Positions 1 to 11,749 of a stretch of 64,000 nucleotides of DNA are shown in pieces. Source of the stretch: Alloascoidea hylecoeti. Its lineage: Eukaryota. Under the pieces are notes generated by a model that was given only the letters and a program-made list of their open reading frames with translations, was not told where the DNA came from and did no database searches. Position numbers and translations under genes: made by a program. The stretch is taken from assembly GCA_001600815.1 (NCBI GenBank), contig BCKZ01000003.1:1041474-1105473 (forward strand), given 5' to 3'. Every line of letters starts with the position of its first letter. The first letter of the stretch is position 1.

Positions 1-1
1 T

Positions 2-763
2 GGTATCCCATTACCAACAAAAAATGGAACAGTAAGAACTAATCCAAACAAGACACTTAAACTAGAAAATCTTTCTAAAATTCATCCTTTCAAATCAGAC
101 TTAATAAAAGAGGAATTGGGTATTAGTTCAATTCCAAAAGAACTCTTGGCTAATTGTTTTGGAGATCCGGATGATCAAACTAATATTAATAATAATAATA
201 ATGAACTAAGTAGTGCTAAATCTTTTAATTTGCTTATTGATACTCAACGAAGACAAACAGTAACAACTGGAGCACCTGGAGTTGTAGACGCTTCATTTTA
301 TGGAATTTCATATTCCCCCTCCTTAGATACGTTCAGTACAGGGAAATCAGTTAAACAAAGACCATCATCGCCAAAAGTAATGGACCTTAAACATGTTATT
401 TCTAGTACTCAAAGTACAAGTTCAATGAGATCCTCAGGAATGACTTCACCAATTCAACCTCAAACACAATATAGATTCCCTTCAAGACAGGTATCAAGTC
501 CTAAGGGTACTAATGGGTTTGGGAAAGATCTTTTATCTCCCAAGGATGCTGCTGGAAACGATGGTGATTCACAATACTCAGATCCACTACGTGCTCTTCA
601 AGATATTGGTGATATGCCAAGGCCGCCTTCCTTTGGGTCATTTGGATCACTTGGATCAATAGGTCCAGTAAGCTTCAGATCAGGAATGGATATGGATGTT
701 AGTTCTTTATTATCATCTATTAAACTTGAAGAAGGAGAAAATAGAGGGAAGTTAGTCGTTTAA
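2..763 (+). CDS. 3' part of a gene entering from the left edge; Ser/Pro-rich low-complexity C-terminus, product not recognised
   Basis: The frame is open from position 2 (GIPLPTKNG...) to TAA at 761-763. The listed TTG start at 116 is internal. Confidence 0.75.
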   Translation, partial: GIPLPTKNGTVRTNPNKTLKLENLSKIHPFKSDLIKEELGISSIPKELLANCFGDPDDQTNINNNNNELSSAKSFNLLIDTQRRQTVTTGAPGVVDASFYGISYSPSLDTFSTGKSVKQRPSSPKVMDLKHVISSTQSTSSMRSSGMTSPIQPQTQYRFPSRQVSSPKGTNGFGKDLLSPKDAAGNDGDSQYSDPLRALQDIGDMPRPPSFGSFGSLGSIGPVSFRSGMDMDVSSLLSSIKLEEGENRGKLVV

Positions 764-1249
764 TATTTTTATGAAAAAATTGATTTATTGTTTGTTTGAT
801 TGTCGTGTATGATTTATTATATATGGGCATATCTTTATATAGTTAATATATTTATAAATGAGAGATTGTCGATGTTTTGTTAGATATTACGCATAAAAGT
901 TTAATATCCCTTCATTTGGTTTTCAATCTTGAAGACTTATTTAAACAAATTAAAGACTATATACTTTTCAACTTTGAAGTCCTGTTTTTGGAAGTATTCA
1001 ACCCTATATTTCATTCTGTTTATTAAAAATGCTTAGTTAGAATAATTCTTATATAAACCCAATGGCAATTATTTTGCTAATATTTCATAGAAAACAAGTT
1101 CATTAGAATACTCGACAATATATTATAGCTATTCACAAATTGTCACATTTGCTCATAACTAATTTACTCCAGTGTATAAAATGTTTCCGTGGTGGTTACT
1201 TTCAACAACTGGTTCACAAGCTTCACAGAAGTCAACTATTGGTAAAATA

Positions 1250-2514
1250 ATGAAATGAACTTAATGAAGCATATATGCATATAAGTAAATATTAGATACA
1301 ATTCTATTATCGGTACCAAAATGAAAAATATTCGGTAAGCATGAGGGTGTGGGTGATTTTTCACTAATTAATGGGGCGGAGAACCGTTAGGCATGGCAGG
1401 CTTAAATTTGAAACAAGTTTGAGCCCTCCGGCTCCACTTGCTCTTTTGCTACCGAAGATTCGTAAAAATAATAAAGCATCTAGTCATTATTTATACAGCT
1501 GTACTTTGCGTTATTACCGACCATTTGCGAATTTAGTGTTCTTTTAACAGCTTTCAAGTTTTTGAAAGACTGGTTTAAGTTTTACCATATTTTGTTGGGC
1601 ATCAAGGTGCCCGAATATTTAAACCAAGATGGCCGAACTTTAATGAGAACACTAGTTGAATATTATTGCGACATATAGTCGAATTATTAATTTGTGCGTT
1701 GGCAAATAGTTTCTCAAATACAGACACATATAGGTATATAACAGGTCGATAAATGGTCGATAATTACGCAAAGTACGGTATACTGTTGTTCAGCTTGTTA
1801 CCAAATATTGAGAGCAAATACAGCCAATTTGATATGAAGACAAAACAATTAGGCCGAAATGCAGACAGAATAACTAATTACACTAATTTAAATACTAAAA
1901 TTGGGCCTTGTAATATATTACTATGTAAAATCCTGGTCAAATATTTTGTCAGTTTGTGTATCATTTATCTTATAAATTTGGTCCAATTTGATGGATTTCC
2001 TTAACCTACCAACTCTTTCTTTGTATTTCAGACTAATCGTTTAATCTTCAAATCGAACCATAGTTAGTGACTTCACTGTATTTATACGTAGCATCGTTTT
2101 ACCAGTAATCGGATTCTAAGAAAACCATCCTGTTATCGGAATTAATCTGAAAAACGGTTACAGTATTCCCACAAAACAACTTCGGCTTCTTTTTTTTTTG
2201 AATCTAATTTGGCCATAAGATATACTAATATTCCGCCATCTGGTAATTAGTTATCACCCATGCATTCGACTACTTGTTGTGATCCATTATTTGAATTCTC
2301 ATGATCAAGTGCAATATCCTTTGATGAAAAATCTGGATTGTTAAAATCTTTTACTCTGTTTTAAAAATTGATCATATCATCCTTGATCGTGTATTCCTCA
2401 CTGTGAATCAAGTGGGATTCTTTCTGGTTTTGCTATAGACTACGTAACTACTAACGTTAACTACTAACTATGGTTGTATCCAATTCATCCATATCTTTGT
2501 TCATCCAATTTTTG
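1250..2514 (+). ncRNA. Large structured ncRNA with a 3' Sm site; candidate telomerase RNA (TER/TLC1-like)
   Basis: Nested long helices with plus-strand G-U pairs: 1331-1337/1450-1456; 1399-1410/1414-1425; 1498-1511/1766-1779; 1518-1526/1751-1759; 1534-1542/1646-1654; 1800-1806/1976-1982; 2301-2309/2382-2390. The 5' and 3' ends pair (1295-1303/2472-2480; 1255-1260/2499-2504). Sm site AATTTTTG at 2507-2514 is followed by GTATTT at 2518. TATAAAA at ~1175. No credible ORF. Boundaries approximate. Confidence 0.5.
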
Positions 2515-4990
2515 AGGGTATTTATCTTCTTTATCTGTAAGGAATCTGTCCGTTAAGATACTTAACATATTGTTCTTTATACCATAACAAAAAACCTGAT
2601 TTATTGTTCTAACTTCAATACCAATCACATTTTTTATTGAAACTTAATTATAAAATATTTCTCCCTGTGGTTAAGAAGAATATAGCTATAATTTAAAAAA
2701 AACTATTTTTTATGCTCACCAATTGTAATATTCCGTACATTAATATTCATATTTGGACATCTTTAACCCATATTTAAATTTCGCAAACTTGCAATTGCTA
2801 ATATTTGCTATTGACCAATATCAATAATATTATTCAATCAACTATAAATAAGTCGTTAACGTCTCATTACACATCTGCAATGATTCTGCATATATGTTTC
2901 ATATTATTTCATACAGCTATAGTGAGCCCAACATCAAGAAATTTAAACGTTAATATGAAAGAACACTAACTTCAAACATTAATAATGGATTTAAAAACAG
3001 GAAGAGGCTTACAGACTAGCTCAAATTTAATTTTTTTATGTATCGCGAATGATAAAAGAAGAACCCCAAAAAAATGAATTTTGATTAATCAACGTTTTTA
3101 TATATGGATAAGGGGAACATTTTATTTGGTCGATCTAGAGCTCATAATCACATACACATGTTTTCAAATTTTCTGTTATTTCAATATTAATTGTAATTGT
3201 ATGTGTTTATTAGTTAATTTAGCTCCAGCCTCGGATTTCCCTCTTCCTTATTATATTTCCTTTTCGGAAAAGCTTAAAACGATCTTTATAAATCCATAAT
3301 CACAGTACTCCCTGCTTTCTAATAAAAAATAATATATCCAGAAGCTTTAACTTTTATTCCCAAAATGGTTTAGCTCGTGGCAACGATAATAATTTTTTGG
3401 ATGTCTCAATTGCAATACAGAATTTTAATATACAAAATTCGTAAGCACATAGACAATTAAGGTGTGCAATGCTACTATGCATATACTTACATACACGTTC
3501 GTGGAATAACGTTGCAGTTGACTGTACTGTATGTAAGCATTGTAAACCTATACTACCGAGAATTTAAGCTATTCTTCGGTTCCAAAGCAACCAACAACTA
3601 ATTGAGTATATATCTGGTGATAGATTATGATTTTAAAATCATAAAAGGTAGTTAACGTAATCTATTTTCGCTTGGTAACTACTCAACTATAAGGATAATC
3701 GATATAACTTCCAATTGACTATAGCTAGTTAAAATACAATATAGGCATATATACGGGTTTATACGCAAACAATGCCAGACATAATCATGAATCATGATGC
3801 CCATGGTAATATATATATCTTGATTCTAAGCCTGCATTACCAATTGCCTTTAAAAACATGTATAATAAAATATCAATGATTTCATACAATATTAATGTTG
3901 TGATCATTAATTGGATCCGATATACATCATTTCATAGCTAGAGTGATAATATATAGGATAATAGGAATTCACCCGCAATTATCCTTAAGCTTGATATTAA
4001 CCTAATTATAATGTTACCCCATGATGTGTGTGTTCACAACTGAGGTATAACCTTAATATTTATATTAAATATTATGGTTTAAATTTGGATTTATTCCAAT
4101 AATAATGTTAATTGGTAAGTTGGTAACCCATAATTGATTGTATAATATAAAGCTATAATTATAATCATACATTACTTATATGTTTTCAAGTTATTATAAT
4201 CAGCAAGAATATACTGGCGCGACTTTCAATTTCAATTTCAAACTGCCTGTAATTATAGATCTAAATGTGTTTTACCCTGCAGCGCATATTATCAGCGCTA
4301 CTACCAGATATAGAAAATCTTCACAGCACAATTGTTATTACGAATCCTATTCTAGTTATAATCAACTAGTCTATAAATATATCTTTATGATTTCCAGGTA
4401 CATCTGCAGCTTCAATCCCCAATTCGACTTCACAAACAATTGGCAATTGTAATATGACACATATGTGTATTAATTATATTTAAATTTGAAATCAATATTA
4501 TGTAAATCTGTAAGCATTTCAAACCTTATCATACCATACCATAAAAAGTTTTTTAGATTCTGTTTCCATAAAAGTTGAAGGCTTTTAATAATGAAAAGAG
4601 AATTTTCGTAATTAAAGCAACTAGGATTTATACTATACCCATATACGCATGGCATATGTAGGAGATCTATGAACCGCCACTGATATCATACCAAAATGGC
4701 ACCTTTTCGTAGTTAAAGAAAGGTCTGAGACCAACACTAGGACGATAACCGCCGACTTATATACAAATTTAAGTGTTACACACGTTGATCATCATCTAAT
4801 GCTAAATCAAGTGGACAACACTGTACAATTAAATAATTACATATTGCCATTTCATAATCTAGATGGTCAAAATCACCTCAATATCAATTGATATATAAAC
4901 CATTGATTCCCACTACTTCAAATTTAAACTTTAACCTCATTTTACAGTTACTTACAATTATTACTCAAAGAATATAATCAATTTTGAAAA

Positions 4991-6565
4991 ATGGGTCATA
5001 AATATAATAAAGTTCCACGTGAACTAAGCTCCAAAAGAAATGAAATCATCAGACCGTTAACCTACCTTGAATGGTACTACGGATTGATGAGCTATAGGGG
5101 TCTTATTGGTTCGGTTACAGTGACTGCCAGATATGCGAAGCCTATGACTAAACCGGAAGTTATTCGTGCTGTAAAGAGTGTCATAATTAAAAATCCATGG
5201 TTGTTGGCAAATGTTTTCACTGACAATATAAGAGGGGAACCAACCGATTGTGTGTGGAAATATGCCGAGAAGATTGACCTAAATGATGTTGTTCAATTCA
5301 TTAATGTAAAAAATGGGCAAGAGGAAGACCCAAAGAGTCCCTTAAGTTCTAAACTTGTCACAGATATGCTACATCGTTCTTTTCTATGGTCAGATATGAA
5401 TAAAACCGATAAAGTATTATGGAAAATAATTGTTTTGAATGATGTTGAGCTTTGTTTAGTATATGATCATGGCTTGTTAGATGGTAAATCAGGACAATCT
5501 TTTCAGATGAGTATTTTTGAAACACTTCGAGAGTTTGAGAATATTCCTTTAGAGGATAATATGGTGACAACAGTTGGTCAATCAGATTTACCGGAGGATG
5601 TTCCACATATCAACGATCCAGATTGCATGCTTCATTATAAGGGTGCACTTTCTTACTTGCTATTTGCTGCTCTTTTGCCAATGATTCCAAACATGTTTAG
5701 GCCTAGAAGGTTGAGATATAAACCAGCACCTCCACCAATTCCGAAATCAGAACAGGCAAAAGGAATTCCCGAGCAAATTGAATTTGAAAAGGCAAAAGTT
5801 GAATTACTTCATCTTACTACCGAGGAAACTCAAAATATAATAAAAGCCTGTAAGCAACACAACTCTACAGTAACAGCATTTGTTAATATCGCTGGAATTG
5901 ATGTTATCAGTCGTGTAACTGGTATTAATAAAATTAGACATCAAACCCCCATTGATGCTAGAAAATGTATTTCTCCTTCAAATCCAACTTTGAGGGGTAC
6001 GGATAAAAAAAGAGTTCTAGGCTTTTTTACCTCGATATTTGACTCTTACTATGATAGAAAGTCTAAGCGTACTTTTTGGCAAAAAGTTATTGAACATACA
6101 AATGAGATCAAAAGCAAAACTACAGATGATTTTATCTATACCAGTACATTACCCTGTTTGGTCAAATCACCTCTCTTTCCAGGTACTTATAAGTTTTTAG
6201 ACCAGGTTGCCACCCAGAAGAGAGATTATACAATGTGGTTATCTAATCTTGGTTACGTGAAATTGGATTATAAAGAAGAATCTAAATTCAATGTTGAGCG
6301 TATGAACTTTATGTTTGCTGGCGCTTTTAATGCAGTTATTGTTGACTGTATCACAACAAATAATAATGGATCACCAGTTATGTCCCTATATTTCCATGAT
6401 GGGCCTAACTCTTTGAAAAATCGTTCAGATCTAACAAAAATTAAGGAACTAGTTAAGGAAATGATCACAGATCCTGAAGTTTTGATGCTAGATTCATCTG
6501 AAAGTATCTCAAAAAAATCTGCTACTTCTACTCAACAAGAAATATTGTCTAAGGCCTCATCATGA
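4991..6565 (+). CDS. Alcohol O-acetyltransferase / Sli1-like acyltransferase (Atf family)
   Basis: 524 aa; catalytic HxxxDG motif (YDHGLLDG), N-terminal 'RPLTYLE' segment and C-terminal 'LSNLG' motif typical of the Atf1/Atf2/Sli1 family. Confidence 0.85.
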   Translation: MGHKYNKVPRELSSKRNEIIRPLTYLEWYYGLMSYRGLIGSVTVTARYAKPMTKPEVIRAVKSVIIKNPWLLANVFTDNIRGEPTDCVWKYAEKIDLNDVVQFINVKNGQEEDPKSPLSSKLVTDMLHRSFLWSDMNKTDKVLWKIIVLNDVELCLVYDHGLLDGKSGQSFQMSIFETLREFENIPLEDNMVTTVGQSDLPEDVPHINDPDCMLHYKGALSYLLFAALLPMIPNMFRPRRLRYKPAPPPIPKSEQAKGIPEQIEFEKAKVELLHLTTEETQNIIKACKQHNSTVTAFVNIAGIDVISRVTGINKIRHQTPIDARKCISPSNPTLRGTDKKRVLGFFTSIFDSYYDRKSKRTFWQKVIEHTNEIKSKTTDDFIYTSTLPCLVKSPLFPGTYKFLDQVATQKRDYTMWLSNLGYVKLDYKEESKFNVERMNFMFAGAFNAVIVDCITTNNNGSPVMSLYFHDGPNSLKNRSDLTKIKELVKEMITDPEVLMLDSSESISKKSATSTQQEILSKASS

Positions 6566-9500
6566 AAAATATAACTACAAAGGTACTGCAAATGCAGTTG
6601 AATGTTTGTAAACTTTGCTTTTATGGTCATGGCTAGTAGAGATACATTTTTCTTTCCATATATTATTTCGGGCGTTCAATATTTTATTTCAAGATCTAGT
6701 TGATTTTATTTTCTTCTACGTTAACGTTTAATTATTATTTCAATTTTTATGATGTTATTTTTGGAAATGCTACCTATAATGAACACTTCATATTATGTTT
6801 TTTAATCTTTTTAACTTTTTAATTGACACTTATACTAATGTTATAGTTTTTTAATCCATAATCATAATTAACTTATTCGAATTCGTATTCCACCCAAACC
6901 TAAACTATACCGGCTATTGCTGAATATAAAGATAAATAAATCGTATGACTTAAGCTTATAATAAATTATATTATTATAGCTCTATTGAGTCTGCCCTACA
7001 ACTATTATAATTATAACTTATAGCTAGACTTTTACAAACTCGCACTCGTGCTGTGCTAAGTTTAATAAATTCATGGTAAAGTTTATAGCTATCTCTGTTT
7101 TTAATCTATTTAGCAAATTAGTACCATGAATATATAATATATACATGTATATGTACCGTTTTGTAAGGATATAATTAAAATTATAAATATAAAAGTAAAC
7201 ACTAGCAATATAAATTATATAATAGACCCGTGATATAGACATATTGAATAAAATATTAATTCATAGAATAAGATCAATAAATTTAAATCGGCTAGCCACT
7301 ACATCTGATTAGAGATTTATGTTGTAGCGTTAATTGTACATATACAAAACCGCAATCGCAATTGATTCATAAAAATATATAATGGCTATAGGCGTAGTTT
7401 AGAGTCGACGTCGATACCATTTTTACAATTGCTCATACCTACAGCTGCTGTGATATAGGGCCTATAGATATAGGCCTAGCTATAAGTTCAGTGAGTTGAT
7501 ATTATACTCCAACTTATACTTACGCATACATGTTATATCCTATTACATAAGATAGAATTGCATCTGTGTCTTTTTCCATTGATTTCTATTGTTGAATTAG
7601 AATATATTACTAAATTAGTCTTTAGAGATAGTACTTGATGCATATATGGGGCTAGAATTGCAATTGCAAATTATAATCGCTATAACTATATCATATCTCT
7701 AACTAGGATATTGTTGCAATTGGGATATCAGGAGATAGATTAATATTCTTATTATATACAACTTGTATCTTTTCAGTTCAAAGACCAGTTATATATAATA
7801 AGAATATTAATTCTCATATGCGTGCATATAATTGAGAAAATATTTATTATTCATAGATATGGTATATTCAAATAAGCTCAACTTTTAATCGTAAATCTCT
7901 TTTGGTTTGTTAGTGTATAATTGAACACTTTAAATTTTATAAAAAACCGGCAAATTACCTTCTGCAAACCACCCAAAATATTAATGCTTAATTATTCAAA
8001 AAGATCAAGAGAAAATGTTTCAGAAAGCCTAATTTTTTATTCTAGTAGAATCAATGTATATTATTACTACATATACGTGTATGTATTAATTGGATCACAA
8101 ATATTTAATGTAAGTAGTCATTCGATGAATATAATATATAAATTAATATTAATATTAACATTTAAATTTCAACAACATTAATCCTTGAGCTCATCATTAT
8201 AATTAAAGATAAATTAAGAACTTGTTTATGAATGAATATATGACAATTGCAATATTAATATTAATATTAATTAACTTTTTTTTTTTTTGCTATGATAAGA
8301 TATAATAAGATATCGATTTAGAGCTTATCACCCAATTTTTTTAGCCAGAAAGATTGTATCTAGATCTACCACTCTTTTTTTTTCAACTTTGATTTGGATT
8401 TTGATATCCAGCTGATTCAAGCTTAAGTTAAGCTTATCTATAAGAATTATTAGTTATAATTATCATAAAATTAGACCCAATTAAAATTATATAAGAACGG
8501 ATTACAGTACATTTTTATAATTTTATACTAATGAAGTTATATTAATTGCATGTTTAACAATTATAAGGCCTTATAATGGATTCATATGCAAGGTCAACTA
8601 ATAGATCTTGACCATACGTGTATGCAAGAAGATTAAAATCTAATATAAAGAGGTATGTATTCTAGATCTAACTGTATAGAAGATTAAATTGAAAATTTGT
8701 ATCGTTGCAGTTACAATTACAGTATCTAATATTGTAATTACTTGAGATTAAAAAGAGTTGTTAGTAGTATGTCACAACCTGAGTGATTTCATAGTTATGA
8801 TTTATTAGAGTCAAATTATCAATTGTCGCTAGCTCTAATTTTTATTAAACATGAATAATCACCATAAATATATTTATTAAATTGTTCTAGATTTGTAGAT
8901 ACCTGTTCACCGTTAAATATCTACCAATTAGCGAAGGATTCAAGCTACTGGTATTAAAATCTTTATTAGATATATATCAGTAGCAATTGTTTATATCTTC
9001 TTTCAATTTATAATATTATATTTCTTATTACTCCTGTGATATCAAACCCCATTCACTGATTATACCTAGGGCTACTCATAACTTTTTGATGAATGATGTG
9101 GTCCATTAAATTTGTTTAGTTTTCATCGTGGGTATACCCACTGCCTATCTGGATATTTGTTTTTTTATTTTTTCCCTAAAATCTTCAATTAAAACTTTTG
9201 GCTTTAACTATTTATGAAAGAAAATCACTCATATCGTGAATATCCTATAACTTATACATCTTAATATGGAACTCTGAAAGCTTCTATTCTTTTTTCTTCT
9301 TTCTGACAAGATTTTATTGGTTTCTCTTTTACCTAAACTACCAATGGTTTTCTTTTTCTTTTTTCTTTTCCATATCTGGTCTCCTCTGAGTTCTTCTTGT
9401 ACTCTGCTTCATATTTATTCAATTCTAAGTAGCATTCATGTTCTCATTTATTCGGTTTTAACTCTTAATATGATTTTTAATGCACCTTTTAATTGTTTAT

Positions 9501-9772
9501 GCATTTTTTAAACCCAGTGGATGACGCAGAAGCATTCAACAATTTCACTTGTAAGTTAACCGCTCAGACAGCCCATCTAACACTTTTTTTTTTTTTTAAC
9601 TTTTCATATATTTTCCAATTAAATTGTATAACTAGAAACTATGTAAATTCTGAGGAAATCTCTACTATATATAGTGAAATAAAAACCTCTCTTTCTATTC
9701 TTCTTATTTTTGTGTATTCTTGACACTCTTCTTTCTTCCCATCTTATGTACCTAGACCACCTTTAAAGTAAA

Positions 9773-10740
9773 TTTTTTTTTTTTAGATATATTTTACTTT
9801 TTCAAGTTTTTTTAGATATTAGAATCCCCAAATCAATCTCATTTAATATTTGTGGTGGTGTCCCTGCAAATCTAATATTTTTCCTTAGCCCTAGTGCCTT
9901 TTTGATAAAAGTCCCATTTTTTTCTATATGGTTATCTTTTGGATTTATGATCAATAATTTGATCCCAATTCTATCGCTTCCTAACATCAACTTCTTTAGT
10001 ATTCTTATGGTTGAGCAATCTTCAAATAGATGTAAGATGTCGTCTTTACCTTGTTGGCATAAACTACAAATATCAGATTTTTGCCACCATTGTTTTGCTT
10101 TTTTGTTAGGATGTAGCATATGAGTAACGTATCCCAAGCTGAGCAAATGTATCCATTGTGTCTCCTCAGGGTGTTCCTTATATGTTTCTTTGATAAATCC
10201 CCACCATTTCTTCCAATTTTCATTTTTTAGTTCCGGAATTAACTGCATCCATTTGTTTGGTTGCAATATAATTTTGTTTTTATTATACCACTTTTGGCTT
10301 ATTGATTTAATTGAGTATTTGGATATGTTTTCTTCTTCCATGTCTTTTATTCTTTTTTCGATATCTTCTCCTGCTGGGTTTTCTACCAGTTTTTGTAACG
10401 CTTCATTTGTCAGTTCTGGTAACGTTTCAGTAGTTGGTATATTTCTTAGTTTTGTGTTATTTATTATTACTCTCCACGCTTTCAAGTATGTAATTAATCT
10501 CCCTTTAAACTTATTGTTCGGATTTACTGGAATAACTGAGTGTAAACTTAGGTTGGTATTATTTAATAAATCACCTATCAAAATATTATACTAGTGAAAG
10601 TTCAACTCTGTATGATTATTTCCACTCACTGATTTTTTAAATGCTGTTGCTATATTTTCCAAGAATTCCCTCATTAACTTTGCATAGGTCTTTGTCAATG
10701 CACTCAACATCCACACTTTCGTATTCATTCGATGGTGTGG
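9773..10740 (-). mobile_element. 5'-truncated non-LTR retrotransposon (L1/Zorro/Ylli-like), ORF2 C-terminal fragment with poly(A) tail
   Basis: ORF 10581-9802 carries a CCHC knuckle (CSLCQQGKDDILHLFEDC) and a Trp-rich pre-knuckle region. A very short 3'UTR is followed by A12 (T-run 9773-9784 on +). The same frame continues upstream through one TAG (FH*YNIL) to ~10740. No RT core is present; no TSD identified. Confidence 0.8.
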
Positions 10741-10774
10741 ATATTACTATGAGAAAATCAAACTTCACAAATTT

Positions 10775-10859
10775 CTCCTGGTGGCCCAGTTGGCTAAGGC
10801 GCGAGACTGTAATGGAAAAGTTTATCTTGAGATCGGGTGTTCGATTCACCCCCAGGAGA
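10775..10859 (+). tRNA. tRNA-Tyr(GTA) with 11-nt intron (10813-10823)
   Basis: CTCCTGG/CCAGGAG acceptor stem, discriminator A, D-arm with TGG, anticodon GTA at 10809-10811, T-loop GTTCGATTC, T7 Pol III terminator at 10860-10866. Close to the canonical yeast tRNA-Tyr. Confidence 0.97.
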
Positions 10860-11215
10860 TTTTTTTCATTTTCATCATTTTTTGGTCACTTGGAAAGGGG
10901 GGTAAAAAAGAAATTTAAGAATTTCTATGATCCTCTGATATATTCCTGGTTGAAAAACATCAAGGATAGGCCTTCACGGACTTGAGGGTGGTAACTAGCT
11001 ACCCAATCATTGATTGCTGATTCTATATATCGTTGTGTCTGACATTTTAGCCTCAGCACTTCACAGTAAACATGGTCCGAATTGTTGAAAGGGTTATTCT
11101 TCTGTTTAGTTTGTTGCTGTACAAAGTCCACATATATTGTTTTTTGACGGCTTCTGCAGTTAAAGACTCTTCTAGCCTTGGGGAAATCGAAAAAGACTTC
11201 CAGAATGTAGCAGGA

Positions 11216-11749
11216 TACACGTTTAGACTTGATGGGATATTTACAGCTTTACAGCAAAAAAAAAAAAAAAGTCAAGATAGAATGAACAACGAAATGAACA
11301 AACAGATCTCTCCTGATGTACCTGAATTTTTGGAGGTTGAGTTGACAAAAGTGGGTTGATAAGTAGTGTAGAAAAGTNNNNNNNNNNNNNNNNNNNNNNN
11401 NNNNNNNNNNNNNNNNNNNNNNNNNNNNNNNNNNNNNNNNNNNNNNNNNNNNNNNNNNNNNNNNNNNNNNNNNNNNNNNNNNNNNNNNNNNNNNNNNNNN
11501 NNNNNNNNNNNNNNNNNNNNNNNNNNNNNNNNNNNNNNNNNNNNNNNNNNNNNNNNNNNNNNNNNNNNNNNNNNNNNNNNNNNNNNNACTTTTCTACACT
11601 ACTTATCAACCCACTTTTGTCAACTCAACCTCCAAAAATTCAGGTACATCAGGAGAGATCTGTTTGTTCATTTCGTTGTTCATTCTATCTTGAATTTTTT
11701 TTTTTTTTTGCTGTAAAGCTGTAAATATCCCATCAAGTCTAAACGTGTA
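11216..11749. mobile_element. Putative TIR DNA transposon/MITE: 160-bp inverted repeats (11218-11377, 11588-11747) flanked by TA; interior lost in the gap
   Basis: The arms are reverse complements with one mismatch next to the A15 run. TA lies at 11216-17 and 11748-49; the reconstructed empty site is GATATC. A scaffolding artefact is not excluded. Confidence 0.5.
11378..11587. other. Assembly gap (210 N)
   Basis: Run of N characters. Confidence 1.

Noticed and set aside
2301..2320. U2 snRNA-like GATCAAGTGCAATATCC
   Set aside because: Lacks the invariant GTAGTA branch-pairing sequence and the U2 5' stem; it lies inside a helix of the larger RNA candidate.
10641..10985. 114-aa plus-strand ORF
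   Set aside because: Runs through the tRNA-Tyr gene and the LINE antisense strand; spurious.
11241..11724. Two mirror 122-aa ORFs
   Set aside because: Artefacts of translating across the N gap between inverted arms.
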